Shown in pieces: positions 42,670 through 53,008 of a DNA stretch of 64,000 nucleotides (within the stretch, counting starts at the first letter, position 1; each line of letters opens with the position of its first letter). Where the stretch lies: positions 64,001-128,000 of IMG/VR virus record IMGVR_UViG_3300017917_003859, one strand, 5' to 3'. Below the pieces are notes generated by a model. The model did no database searches and was not told the DNA's origin. It was given only the letters and a program-made list of their open reading frames with translations. The DNA is from a virus. The position numbers and the translations under genes are program-made.

Positions 42670-43210
42670 GCTAGTAGATTTACTTAAAGAAAATAGTGAT
42701 AGTAAATACAAGTATGGATGTGTAATGTTATATTTTGATTTTCCCGAAATTAATAAAATACATGATGCTATCAACCCAAATGATATATATGAAGAAGATG
42801 GAGATAAAACTTTTGGATTAGAAGATGAACCCCATACAACTTTACTGTATGGTCTTCACCCTGAAGTTAGTTTAGATGAAGTTAAAAAAATATTAAATTC
42901 ATACACTTATTATCCTTGTACTATCAAGAATGCTTCATTATTTAAAAATGAAAAATATGATGTATTAAAATTTGATGTTGAAGGAAAAAATTTACATGAA
43001 ACTAATAATGATTTAAAACGATATCCATTTACAAGTGATTACCCTGATTATCACCCCCACCTTACAATTGGATATATTAAACCTGGATTTGGAAAAAAGT
43101 ATACTAAAATGTTAAAAGAGATAGAATTCAAATTAATCCCCCAGTATGTAGTATATTCTCACCCAGATGGAACTAAAGATAAAATTAAAATAAAAGTAGA
43201 AAATTTGTAA
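42662..43210 (+). CDS. Leader-bearing 2H phosphodiesterase, Acb1 / T4 gp57B-like
   Basis: MIKLVDLLKE leader; two HxT motifs 'PHTTLLYG' and 'TSDYPDYHPHLTIGY'. Confidence 0.78.
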   Translation: MIKLVDLLKENSDSKYKYGCVMLYFDFPEINKIHDAINPNDIYEEDGDKTFGLEDEPHTTLLYGLHPEVSLDEVKKILNSYTYYPCTIKNASLFKNEKYDVLKFDVEGKNLHETNNDLKRYPFTSDYPDYHPHLTIGYIKPGFGKKYTKMLKEIEFKLIPQYVVYSHPDGTKDKIKIKVENL

Positions 43211-43252
43211 TCTCTTTTGTGATCTTTATCTTTTATTTAATATTTATAACCG

Positions 43253-43402
43253 ATGGGAAGAATTAAAAAATACCAAACACCTGAAGAAAAACAAAAAGCT
43301 AGGGCAAATGCTTCCAAAAAATATTACTGGAAAAATAAAGAACAAGAAGATGAAAAAGCAAGACAACGATATAAAAATAACAAAAATATATCTCGTGACT
43401 AA
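43253..43402 (+). CDS. Small basic protein (49 aa) overlapping the endonuclease gene
   Basis: Not in track; MGRIKKYQTPEEKQKARANASKKYYWKNKE...; AATATTTATA at 43239. Confidence 0.6.
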   Translation: MGRIKKYQTPEEKQKARANASKKYYWKNKEQEDEKARQRYKNNKNISRD

Positions 43403-44006
43403 CTGCTATGGAGATCCCAATAAAATTTATATAGGTAAAACAAAAGGATCAAGAAAAGCAGCTCATAAAAGAAAATTTGGAAAACAAATTGAATATACTT
43501 ATATTGATGAAGTTTTAAGCTTAAATAAAATACATTGGAAACCATTAGAAACATTTTGGATCCAACAATTCAAACAGTGGGATTTTAAAATATTAAATGA
43601 AAATGAAGGTGGTGGAGGACCAGAATTTATATCTGAAGAAGTTAAAAGAAAAATTAGTATAAATAACACAGGAAAACCCAAATCAAAAGAACACTGTAAT
43701 AAAATAAGTCAATCTAAAAAAGGATGTAAAGTATGGAGTAAAGGTAAAAAATTTTCAAAAGAACATTGTGAAAAAATAAGCAAAAATTCAGCAGGAAAAT
43801 CAAAACCTTCATCTTCTTATTTAAATAATCAACATAGTGCTAAATCTATTTTTCAATATGATTTAAATTTAAATTTTATTAAAGAATGGTCTAGTATTAA
43901 AAAAGCAGCTTTAGAACTAAATATAACTCCTGAAGCAATTGGGAATTGTTTAAGAAAAGGAACAAATTCATCATCAGGAGGATTTAAATGGAAATATAAA
44001 AACTAA
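43308..44006 (+). mobile_element. GIY-YIG homing endonuclease with NUMOD repeats (paralog of 27625)
   Basis: 'KIYLVTNCYGDPNKIYIGKT', 'SKEHCNKIS' / 'SKEHCEKIS' repeats, 'IFQYDL...GFKWKY'; true start uncertain. Confidence 0.85.
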
Positions 44007-44011
44007 ATAAA

Positions 44012-44470
44012 ATGAATGATAATCTAATTATTTGCAACCACTGTAGTGGAGATTGTTGCTATGTAACAGAAAACTCCCCAGAAATAAAAACATACAGTTG
44101 TTTCTCCTGCGGATTTACAACAAACACCTTAATGAAAGAAGGAGAACAATTTTATATAGAACAAACAGAAATTCTACCTGAACTTTATAAAGATGTAATG
44201 TATAAAGATAAAGATGGTTTGATTTGGATGCCTACAACTATTAATGTTCCTGATAAAGGTATGGTATTTTACAATGGTACTAAAAAAGAAAATGCTAAAT
44301 GGGCAGCTGTAAAAGCAGTAGAGGTATTAGAAGAAGAAAAAGAAAAATACCCAATCAAAAACAAACCTGGAGAATACTATAAATTTAGAATGGATATGAG
44401 TACTATGAAACCATTTGAAATGAAAGAATTCATGGATGCTCTTTCATATATTGAAATTCTACCAGAATAA
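44012..44470 (+). CDS. Zinc-ribbon hypothetical protein
   Basis: CNHC...CFSC. Confidence 0.65.
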   Translation: MNDNLIICNHCSGDCCYVTENSPEIKTYSCFSCGFTTNTLMKEGEQFYIEQTEILPELYKDVMYKDKDGLIWMPTTINVPDKGMVFYNGTKKENAKWAAVKAVEVLEEEKEKYPIKNKPGEYYKFRMDMSTMKPFEMKEFMDALSYIEILPE

Positions 44471-44502
44471 TTTGGCTTACAAAATATAAATTCATACATT
44501 TA
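44471..44502 (+). promoter_or_regulatory. Host-type promoter TTTGG-N19-TACATTTA
   Basis: Motif family. Confidence 0.7.
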
Positions 44503-44506
44503 AAGT

Positions 44507-44848
44507 ATGAAATTAGCTATTATAGGTAGTCGTACTTTTAATGATTATAAATTGCTTCAAGAAATTCTTGAACAACATAAATCAAAAATAACTTTAGTAG
44601 TATCTGGTGCTGCTAAAGGAGCCGATTCATTAGGAGAAAAATGGGCGTTAGAAAATAATATTCAAACGCTCATTTTTCCTGCTGAGTGGGGTAAATATGG
44701 TAAAAGAGCAGGGTATATTAGAAATGAAGATATAATTAAAAATTGTGATTACTGTATTGCATTTTGGGATGGTGAAAGTAAAGGAACAAAACATTCTATT
44801 TCATTATGTAAAAAATATAGCAAACCCTGTCAAATAATAAAAATATGA
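44507..44848 (+). CDS. SLOG / YspA-like (DUF2493) protein
   Basis: 'IIGSR', 'VSGAAKGAD', 'AGYIRN', 'AFWDGESKGT'. Confidence 0.87.
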   Translation: MKLAIIGSRTFNDYKLLQEILEQHKSKITLVVSGAAKGADSLGEKWALENNIQTLIFPAEWGKYGKRAGYIRNEDIIKNCDYCIAFWDGESKGTKHSISLCKKYSKPCQIIKI

Positions 44849-45495
44849 AAATTAGTTATTGTATCACAGCATGTAATGAACATCTTGAATTAGAAAGATT
44901 ACTTAGATTTCTTAAAAAACATATTAGAAAACAAGATGAAGTAATTATTCAATTAGACACTAATTATACAAGTGAAGTGTTAGAAGTATGCAATTTATTT
45001 ACAGGGTTTAATCATCAAGAAAATTTAGTTGATGCAATTGAAAACAGTCAATTTTATATTTTTGCATTAGATAATAATTTTGCTCAATTCAAAAACCAAC
45101 TGTCTAAATTTGCAACAGGTGATTATATCTTTCAGTTAGATGCAGATGAATTACCTCATGAAGATTTAATTAAAATACTCTATATGTTACTAGAACAAAA
45201 TTCAGAAGTGGATATGTTTTTAGTTCCTAGAGTAAACACAGTAGAAGGGCTTACTCAAGAACATATATTAAAATGGGGATGGAATGTTAATGAAAAAGGT
45301 TGGGTTAATTTTCCTGATTACCAAACCAGAATATATAAAAATATTCCTGAAATACATTGGATAGGAAAAGTACATGAAAGAATAAATGGTACTAAAACTT
45401 TTTCTCCATTACCCGCTGAAGAGGTTTGGTGTTTGTATCATCCAAAAAATATAGAAAAACAAGAAAAACAAAACAATTACTACGAGACAATATGA
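44845..45495 (+). CDS. Glycosyltransferase (GT2)
   Basis: 'ISYCITACNE', 'LDADE', 'PDYQTR', 'VHE'. Confidence 0.88.
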   Translation: MKISYCITACNEHLELERLLRFLKKHIRKQDEVIIQLDTNYTSEVLEVCNLFTGFNHQENLVDAIENSQFYIFALDNNFAQFKNQLSKFATGDYIFQLDADELPHEDLIKILYMLLEQNSEVDMFLVPRVNTVEGLTQEHILKWGWNVNEKGWVNFPDYQTRIYKNIPEIHWIGKVHERINGTKTFSPLPAEEVWCLYHPKNIEKQEKQNNYYETI

Positions 45496-46013
45496 AATTA
45501 CATTTAGGTTGTGGAACTAAACATCTTGAAGGATACACTAATATAGATATTAGATACCTCCCAGGAGTAGATGAAGTGAATAATATTCGCTTTTTACGAA
45601 ATTATAAAGAAAATTCAGTTGATGAAATTTATGCTTGCCATGTTCTAGAACATTTTGGTAGGTGGGAATATAAAGAAGTACTTAAACGTTGGTTAGAGAT
45701 TCTAAAACCAGAAGGAAAATTACGTTTAGCTATTCCTAATTTTCAATCAATTTGTACTTATTATACTAAAACTGGTGATTTAAATTCATTGATTGGACTA
45801 CTTTATGGAGGCCAAGATTATGATGAAAATTACCACTATATCACTTTTGATTATTTAACTTTATCTAGAGATTTAAAAAACATTGGATACAAAACTATTG
45901 ATATTTGGAATGCTGAAGATTATCAAGGAGATGATTTTAGTAAAGCATATCTTCCTCACATGGATAAAGAAAACGGAATATTAATGAGTTTAAATATATT
46001 AGCAATAAAATAA
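45492..46013 (+). CDS. SAM-dependent methyltransferase
   Basis: 'LHLGCG', 'HVLEH', 'LKPEG'; start reassigned. Confidence 0.88.
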   Translation: MKLHLGCGTKHLEGYTNIDIRYLPGVDEVNNIRFLRNYKENSVDEIYACHVLEHFGRWEYKEVLKRWLEILKPEGKLRLAIPNFQSICTYYTKTGDLNSLIGLLYGGQDYDENYHYITFDYLTLSRDLKNIGYKTIDIWNAEDYQGDDFSKAYLPHMDKENGILMSLNILAIK

Positions 46014-46014
46014 C

Positions 46015-46572
46015 ATGGAACATTTTTACAAAACATTAGGAGAAAATTGGTTTACATACCCAGAACTCTATACTTACATGGTAAATAAATTCCCAACAAA
46101 TTCACATTTCGTTGAAGTAGGAACTTGGAAAGGAATGAGTGCAGCTTATATGGCTGTAGAAATCATCAATTCAGGAAAAAATATTAAATTCGATTGTATT
46201 GATACTTGGGATTTTGTAGATTCACAAAAAGAAATTACTCAAGAAATGTGTGAAGGATTATATGAAACATTTCTTAAAAATATAGAACCTGTAAAACATC
46301 AAATCAACCCAATTAAGGCTTTATCATGGGATGGAGCTGCATTTTATAAAGATAATTCATTAGATTTTGTTTTCATTGATGCTGCTCATGATTATGAATC
46401 AGTAAAAAAAGATATTAATGCTTGGTTTCCTAAAGTTAAAAAAGGAGGAGTAATAGCAGGTCATGATTATACTTGGTGTGCTGATGTGCAAAAAGCAGTT
46501 AATGAATTTTTTAAAGGAAAAACAATTTATGAAACTGAAGGATGTTGGGCTTATTTTACTGAAGAAGAATAA
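46015..46572 (+). CDS. SAM-dependent methyltransferase (Methyltransf_24-like)
   Basis: 'VEVGTWKG.S', 'FIDAAHDY', 'GGVIAGHDY'. Confidence 0.9.
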   Translation: MEHFYKTLGENWFTYPELYTYMVNKFPTNSHFVEVGTWKGMSAAYMAVEIINSGKNIKFDCIDTWDFVDSQKEITQEMCEGLYETFLKNIEPVKHQINPIKALSWDGAAFYKDNSLDFVFIDAAHDYESVKKDINAWFPKVKKGGVIAGHDYTWCADVQKAVNEFFKGKTIYETEGCWAYFTEEE

Positions 46573-47381
46573 TGAAAATATTTAGTAAATTTTTTAATCC
46601 AAAAACATTTGAAGAAAAATTACCACATTTAAAACATGTAGATTTTTCTTTATTTGTAGATGAAGTTCCTCAAAAACAAGAAGATTTATCTTCAATTAAT
46701 ATAATGGTGCTAGCTGAACCAAATGAATATTTTGGTTTACATGATTGGACTATACAAAATAAACACCTATTCTCAGTTATATTAACTTGGGATGATAAAA
46801 TTTTAAATACTTGTGATAATTCATTATTTTTCCCATTTGGTCAGACTTGGTTCAAACCTGAACAATATGAAAAAGAACATGAGAAAAAATTTGAAGTGGC
46901 ACACTTATGTGGTGTTCTTTTAAAATCATATGGACATCAAATGCGTCATGAAATTTTAGTAAGAGAAAACGAATTTAAAATACCTACAAATTTCTATAAA
47001 ACAATAGGAGATAGACATAATGAAGATGATGCTCGTATTGGTAAAGAAACGGTGTTTGGTAATTCAATGTTCGGGATAGTAATTGAGAATTTTTCACATA
47101 GAGGATATTTTAGTGAAAAAATATTAGATTGTTTTTTAATGAAAACTATTCCTATATATTGGGGGTGTTCTAATATATATAATTATTTTTTTGAACCTGG
47201 ATTTTTTAAATTTGAAAATGTTGATGATTTAATATACCTTTCAAACAAATTTACCCCAGAGATATATGAATCAAGAAAAGATGCTATAGAACATAATTAT
47301 AAATTAGCTCTTAATTATGTTAATTATGAACAAAGTATTATAAATAAATTAGAAGAAATATTTAAATTAAATGGGTTATGA
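46572..47381 (+). CDS. Glycosyltransferase family 10 (fucosyltransferase-like)
   Basis: 'F.IVIEN....YFSEKI.D.F...IPIYWG'. Confidence 0.82.
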   Translation: MKIFSKFFNPKTFEEKLPHLKHVDFSLFVDEVPQKQEDLSSINIMVLAEPNEYFGLHDWTIQNKHLFSVILTWDDKILNTCDNSLFFPFGQTWFKPEQYEKEHEKKFEVAHLCGVLLKSYGHQMRHEILVRENEFKIPTNFYKTIGDRHNEDDARIGKETVFGNSMFGIVIENFSHRGYFSEKILDCFLMKTIPIYWGCSNIYNYFFEPGFFKFENVDDLIYLSNKFTPEIYESRKDAIEHNYKLALNYVNYEQSIINKLEEIFKLNGL

Positions 47382-48253
47382 TTCAAATAGTTATACACAC
47401 TTTACCGCATGAAATAGATCAATTAGAACAAACTTTAATTCGTTTAAAATATAATGCTAATTATTTAACTGATGAAAAAATATTAGTAGACGTTGTTTTA
47501 AATTGCAATTTAGTTGATTGGAACACTTCAATTATACCTAAATCATTTTTTATAAATAAATTTAATCAACTAGAACAATTAACCAAAACATGGGCCCAGA
47601 CTAAATTTGAGATGAATGAAGATGGAACTATTCAAGGATGTGTTTCTCATAGAAGAAAATCTATTAATGAAACAAATGCTGATGCTTTGCTTATTTTAGA
47701 TACAGATATATTTTTTAATAATACATTACTTTATCTTATATATAATGCAGTCGAACATTTAAAAAATGAAAATCCATATTTTATATTAACACCTCAAACT
47801 ACCCCAATGTGGGATAATAGTTGGGATCCAATTGTTAATGATAAATTTAAAGATGATGGTATTCATTTCCAAAATAGAGATCCATATAAATCATTTCAAC
47901 CTCTTTCAGATAATGTTATGATCAAACCTATAAATGGATTTAAATTTGGAGGAGGATGGGCTACAGTAATTAGTACCAAATTAGCTAAAAAAATAGGTGT
48001 ACCTGAATCATTAGGACATTATGGGTTAGAAGATACATTTATAATGTATTGCTCTTATATGATGCAACAAAAAGGTTTAGGTGTGGTACAATATATTTTA
48101 GAAAATGAAGTAATAGTAGAAGATCATTTATATAGATTTAATCCATATAAAGATTACCTAACTATAATTAATAAACAAGAAGAATTTAAAAAAATCGCCC
48201 ATGAAAATTTTCAAGAAGAATTAATTAAATTTGGGAATTTATTAAATAAATAA
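47378..48253 (+). CDS. Glycosyltransferase (GT-A fold, putative)
   Basis: 'LDTD' DxD, 'GHYGLEDT'. Confidence 0.7.
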   Translation: MIQIVIHTLPHEIDQLEQTLIRLKYNANYLTDEKILVDVVLNCNLVDWNTSIIPKSFFINKFNQLEQLTKTWAQTKFEMNEDGTIQGCVSHRRKSINETNADALLILDTDIFFNNTLLYLIYNAVEHLKNENPYFILTPQTTPMWDNSWDPIVNDKFKDDGIHFQNRDPYKSFQPLSDNVMIKPINGFKFGGGWATVISTKLAKKIGVPESLGHYGLEDTFIMYCSYMMQQKGLGVVQYILENEVIVEDHLYRFNPYKDYLTIINKQEEFKKIAHENFQEELIKFGNLLNK

Positions 48254-48261
48254 TATATTTA
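48230..48261 (+). promoter_or_regulatory. Host-type promoter TTTGG-N19-TATATTTA
   Basis: Motif family, within 3' end of upstream gene. Confidence 0.62.
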
Positions 48262-48267
48262 CTTTAT

Positions 48268-49158
48268 ATGAAACAATATAAAAAAATCTTTATAGCAGGA
48301 GCTAATGGAATGTTAGGTACTACTCTACAAAATATTGTTAATACCAAAAATTTCTTACTCACAGATAAAGAAACATCAGAAAATATTAGTTGGTGTGATA
48401 TTAGAGATCTACAATATACAACCAACCTAATTAAAGAATACCAACCAGACATAATCTTAAATTTTGCAGCATTAGTAGATTTAGAATATTGTGAAAAAAA
48501 CCAAGACGATTGTTATTCAACAAATACAATTGCTGCCATCCATTTATTTAATTTAGCTAAAGATTTAAATATTCCATACGTGTTTATAAGTACAGCAGGT
48601 ATATTTGGTAATGATAAAGAATTTTACACGGAAGAAGACCAACCATACCCATTAAGTGCTTATGGCAAAAGTAAATATTTTACAGAACAGCTTTTACTAA
48701 ATCAAAATTACCCTAAATATTGGATATTCAGAGCAGGATGGATGATGGGTGGTGGGCCTGAAAAAGATAAGAAATTTGTTAATAAAATTATGAAACAAGT
48801 TAAATCTGGGGTTAAAGAACTATTTGTTGTAGATGATAAATTAGGAGTACCTACTTATACTAAAGATTTTGCTAGTTCAATTTTAAAACATATAGAAGAA
48901 GAATTACCTTATGGTTTATATAATATGGTAAGCCAAGGTGAAGCAAGTAGATATGATACTGCTGTTGCTATAAATGAATATCTTAATTTAGGATTAAAAA
49001 TAAATAAAGTAGATAGTAACCACTTCAATCAAGAATATTTTGCTCCACGCCCATACTCAGAAAAACTAATAAATAAATCATTAAATGATTTAGGACGAAA
49101 TTATATGAGAGATTGGAAATTATGTTTACATGAATATTTAAATGAATATTACAAATGA
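48268..49158 (+). CDS. rfbD: dTDP-4-dehydrorhamnose reductase-like
   Basis: 'GANGMLG', 'IST', 'YGKSK', 'PTY', 'RP..S'. Confidence 0.85.
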   Translation: MKQYKKIFIAGANGMLGTTLQNIVNTKNFLLTDKETSENISWCDIRDLQYTTNLIKEYQPDIILNFAALVDLEYCEKNQDDCYSTNTIAAIHLFNLAKDLNIPYVFISTAGIFGNDKEFYTEEDQPYPLSAYGKSKYFTEQLLLNQNYPKYWIFRAGWMMGGGPEKDKKFVNKIMKQVKSGVKELFVVDDKLGVPTYTKDFASSILKHIEEELPYGLYNMVSQGEASRYDTAVAINEYLNLGLKINKVDSNHFNQEYFAPRPYSEKLINKSLNDLGRNYMRDWKLCLHEYLNEYYK

Positions 49159-49805
49159 AAAATGTTTACGATATAACAAATGAATTTGAAAAAAAATTAG
49201 GAGAATATACTGGAGCTCCATACGTAGTAACTTTAGATAACCAAAGTAATGCTTTATTTCTAGCATTATATTATGAACACTACATAACCAAAAATATAAC
49301 CTCAGAGTATATTACTATCCCATCTAGAACTTATCCTTCAGTACCATGTGAAATTATTCATGCTGGTTTGAAAGTAAAATTTAGACAAGTAGAAGGTAAA
49401 ACTATTAAAGGCGCTTATCAACTAGAAGGCTCAAATGTATGGGACTCAGCTCTATCCTTTACCACCAATATGTACAAACCAGAACAACACATGTGTATTA
49501 GTTTTACTGGACCTTATAAACATTTTAAATTAAGTAAAGGAGGAGCAATATTAACTGATAATTATGAAGCTTACCTATGGTTCAAAAGAGCTAGATATTC
49601 AGGAAGAAGAGAATGTTCATATCATGATGATAATTTAGATATGTTGGGGTGGAATTTTTATATGATGCCTGAATTAGCAGCACGTGGATTATTATTAATG
49701 GGGCAATTTTATAATGGAGAAGGAAAACCAAAACATAATGCTGATTTAGAATTACCATATCCAGACCTATCCAAATTTCCTGTCTATACAAATTTTAATA
49801 AATAA
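49155..49805 (+). CDS. DegT/DnrJ/WecE PLP-dependent sugar aminotransferase (short form)
   Basis: 'FEKKL', 'TYPSVP', 'DSA', 'SF...KH...GGAI', 'GWNFYM'. Confidence 0.82.
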   Translation: MKNVYDITNEFEKKLGEYTGAPYVVTLDNQSNALFLALYYEHYITKNITSEYITIPSRTYPSVPCEIIHAGLKVKFRQVEGKTIKGAYQLEGSNVWDSALSFTTNMYKPEQHMCISFTGPYKHFKLSKGGAILTDNYEAYLWFKRARYSGRRECSYHDDNLDMLGWNFYMMPELAARGLLLMGQFYNGEGKPKHNADLELPYPDLSKFPVYTNFNK

Positions 49806-49807
49806 GT

Positions 49808-51052
49808 ATGAAAAAATTATTAATTTTAGGAGCAAATCCTGAAACTATACCACTTATTGAAACAGCTAAGGCTATGGGTGTGTATACTATAGTTACTGAT
49901 CACAACCCTGAAGCACCCGCTAAAAAATTTGCCGATAAAGGTATTAACATTAACGGAATGGATGTTGATGCTTTAGTAAATTTTTGTAGGCAAGAAAATG
50001 TAGATGGTGTTTTAGTAGGTGTTGCTGATAGATTAATAGAACCTTATCAAAAGGTATGTGAAGCTTTGAATTTACCATGTTATGGTAATCAATACCAATG
50101 TGAAGTACTTACAAATAAAGGAAAATTTAATGATTTATGCAAAAAATATAATCTTAATACAATTCCTTCATTTAAATATTTTAAAAATAAATTTTATAGC
50201 CAACATAGATTCAACTATCCATTATTTATAAAACCAATAGATAAAAACTCAGGAAAAGGTATGTCTTTGGTTTATAATATAGATGAATTAGTTGAAGGAA
50301 TTGAAAAAGCATTTAAGAATACTAATAGTGAATATGTTTTAATAGAAAAATATATGGATTGTCCTGATGTTATGATTAATTATACTATCATAAATGGAAA
50401 TCCTGTATTATCTGCTATTACTGATAGATTTACAACTAATGAACAAACAAATGCAAGTAAAGTATGTTTAGGAAATATATATCCATCTAATTTATTAGAT
50501 AAATATTTAAATACTGAGCATTTAAAAGTTTCAAATTTACTAAAAGATATAGGTTTAAAAAATGCTATATTTACTGTATCTGCATTTGTTGAAAATGATA
50601 AATTTTATTATTATGACCCTGGATTTAGACTTCAAGGTGAAGCTCCTAATCTCCATATCCAACAAGTAAGTGGATTTGATCAAAAAGAATTTTTAATAGA
50701 TATAGCTTTATATAATATTATTATCAATAAATATAATATTACACAGCAAAATGATAAAGCTTATTCTGCTACTATATGGTTTTTATTAAAAAAAGGAACA
50801 ATAGAACAAATATTGGGTTTTGATAAAATTAAAGAAGATCCATCTGTATTTTATATTTCAAAACGATTATCTGAAAATGATACAATTACTGATGAAGATG
50901 TAGGAACTGAAGCTCAAGTTTTAGCTAGAGTATATGTAATTTGTAAAACAAAAGATGAATTAAAAAATAAAATTATAAAAATTCAAAATACTATAAAAGT
51001 ATTTGATACTGAGGGTAATAATCAACTTCTCAATGGATTTAAATATGAATAA
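49808..51052 (+). CDS. ATP-grasp domain protein
   Basis: 'LLILG', 'IKPID...KGM', 'IEKY', 'GFRLQG'. Confidence 0.82.
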   Translation: MKKLLILGANPETIPLIETAKAMGVYTIVTDHNPEAPAKKFADKGININGMDVDALVNFCRQENVDGVLVGVADRLIEPYQKVCEALNLPCYGNQYQCEVLTNKGKFNDLCKKYNLNTIPSFKYFKNKFYSQHRFNYPLFIKPIDKNSGKGMSLVYNIDELVEGIEKAFKNTNSEYVLIEKYMDCPDVMINYTIINGNPVLSAITDRFTTNEQTNASKVCLGNIYPSNLLDKYLNTEHLKVSNLLKDIGLKNAIFTVSAFVENDKFYYYDPGFRLQGEAPNLHIQQVSGFDQKEFLIDIALYNIIINKYNITQQNDKAYSATIWFLLKKGTIEQILGFDKIKEDPSVFYISKRLSENDTITDEDVGTEAQVLARVYVICKTKDELKNKIIKIQNTIKVFDTEGNNQLLNGFKYE

Positions 51053-51803
51053 AAAAACATTTGTTATAGCAGGAGGAACTACTGGGGTAGCTAGACAAGT
51101 AGTAATTGAACTTGTTAAAATGGGCCATAATGTAGTTTTTGGTGATGTGGGTACAATGGTTAATGTTGATCATCTTCTAGATGAATTAAAAAAATACAAT
51201 GGAAAAGCCCATTTTATTCCAACCAACGTAGCCAACATAAAAGATTGTAAAATATTATTTGATTATGCTAAAGAAAAATTTGAACACATTGATGGATTCT
51301 TTAGCTATGCGGGAATCACCCCAGCACAATCATTATTAGAATGTACTGAGGATGTTTATGATGATATATTTGATATAAATGTTAAAGGAGCTCTATTTTG
51401 TTCTAAATATGCTGTAAAATATATGAAAGAAAATGGAGGTGGTTCTATAGTATTTACTGGATCTCCTCATTCCGATGCTGGTGAAATAGATAGAGTGGCA
51501 TATGCTTGCTCAAAAGGAGCAGTAGTTACATTATCAAATCATATAGCTAAAAATTATGGAAAACACAATATCCGCTCTAATTATATTACTATGGGGTGGA
51601 CACCAACAGAAGGTGAATTAAATTTAAGAAAAAGTCAAGGTATTACAAAAGAAGATTTAGAAAAAACTGCTAAACAGATTGTTCCTATGGGTAGAATGAA
51701 CACATATGAAGATATTGTTCCAGCAATTATATATCTATTATCTGATAATTCATTAATGGTGTCAGGTTCTAATATTAGAATTACTGGTGGTTGGTTTATG
51801 TAA
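51045..51803 (+). CDS. Short-chain dehydrogenase/reductase
   Basis: 'GGTTGVA', 'YACSK', 'IRSN...GW'; start reassigned. Confidence 0.88.
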   Translation: MNKKTFVIAGGTTGVARQVVIELVKMGHNVVFGDVGTMVNVDHLLDELKKYNGKAHFIPTNVANIKDCKILFDYAKEKFEHIDGFFSYAGITPAQSLLECTEDVYDDIFDINVKGALFCSKYAVKYMKENGGGSIVFTGSPHSDAGEIDRVAYACSKGAVVTLSNHIAKNYGKHNIRSNYITMGWTPTEGELNLRKSQGITKEDLEKTAKQIVPMGRMNTYEDIVPAIIYLLSDNSLMVSGSNIRITGGWFM

Positions 51804-51811
51804 AATTAGTT

Positions 51812-53008
51812 ATGAATAAATTAGTAAGCATAATAATTCCTATATATAACAGTGAAGAATTTCTAGATAAATGCATTCAAAGTGCTATAAATCAATCTTA
51901 TAAGAATATTGAAATTGTTCTTGTTAATGATGGTTCAACAGATTCGAGTAAATCAATATGTGATAGTTATGCTTCTAAAGATAATCGAATTAAAGTAATT
52001 CATAAAAATAATGGGGGGTTAGTTAGTTCTCGCAAAGCAGGACTTAAAGTCTCTACTGGGGAATATATTTTGTATATTGATGGAGATGATTGGATTGAAC
52101 CTGAATTAGTACAACATTATATGAATCAAGTATTTGAATTTAATGCTGATGTTGTAATATCATCTCATATAGTGAATTTAGAAGGTAGAGAAGATATTTT
52201 ACCAAATTCACTTCCACCCGGAGTTTACAATAAAGATCAACTTAATTCAATTGTATACCCAAAAATGCTACATACTGGAAAATTCTCTCAGTTTGGCATA
52301 TTTTCATATTCGTGGGGGAAATTATATAAAAAAGAAATATTGTTTGAAAATCAATTAAATGTTGATGAAAGTATAACTATCGGAGAAGATGCATTATGTT
52401 TGTATCCTACATTATTAGATACTAATAAATTAGTTATTTTAAAACAACCTTATTATCATTATAGACAACGAGCTAATTCTTTAATTAAAACTTTAAGAAC
52501 TATTGATATTCTTAAAATGCAAAAAGTATATGATGACCTTAAAAATGTATTTTCCAACAAAAAAGTTTTAGATATAATGTTACCTCAATTACAACATTAT
52601 CTTTTAAGTTTATTAATCATCAATACTAAAGGACCAGATTTCATTAATACAAATATATATCCATTTGATAATATTAATAATAAATCAAATCTAGTTATAT
52701 ATGGTGGAGGTACATTTGGGCAACATTTATATAAAAAAATCACCACTCATAGTTCTCACAACATAGTAGCTTGGGTAGATGAAAAATATAAACATTATTC
52801 CAAACTAAATCTCCCAGTAACTGGATTTGAGAGTATTCAAAATCTTGAATATGATGCTGTTTTGATAGCTTTAATTGATGAAGATAACTCTAATCAAGCA
52901 TTATTAAAATTAATAAGTTATGGAGTAAATAATAAAAAAATAATTCAAATACCTTATTACAAAACTAACATACAAGAATCATTACTTAAATATGAAATTA
53001 AATTATAA
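51812..53008 (+). CDS. Glycosyltransferase (GT2) with C-terminal Rossmann-like domain
   Basis: 'VSIIIPIYN', 'DGSTD', 'DGDD', 'GED', then 'IYGGGTFG'; start reassigned. Confidence 0.9.
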   Translation: MNKLVSIIIPIYNSEEFLDKCIQSAINQSYKNIEIVLVNDGSTDSSKSICDSYASKDNRIKVIHKNNGGLVSSRKAGLKVSTGEYILYIDGDDWIEPELVQHYMNQVFEFNADVVISSHIVNLEGREDILPNSLPPGVYNKDQLNSIVYPKMLHTGKFSQFGIFSYSWGKLYKKEILFENQLNVDESITIGEDALCLYPTLLDTNKLVILKQPYYHYRQRANSLIKTLRTIDILKMQKVYDDLKNVFSNKKVLDIMLPQLQHYLLSLLIINTKGPDFINTNIYPFDNINNKSNLVIYGGGTFGQHLYKKITTHSSHNIVAWVDEKYKHYSKLNLPVTGFESIQNLEYDAVLIALIDEDNSNQALLKLISYGVNNKKIIQIPYYKTNIQESLLKYEIKL

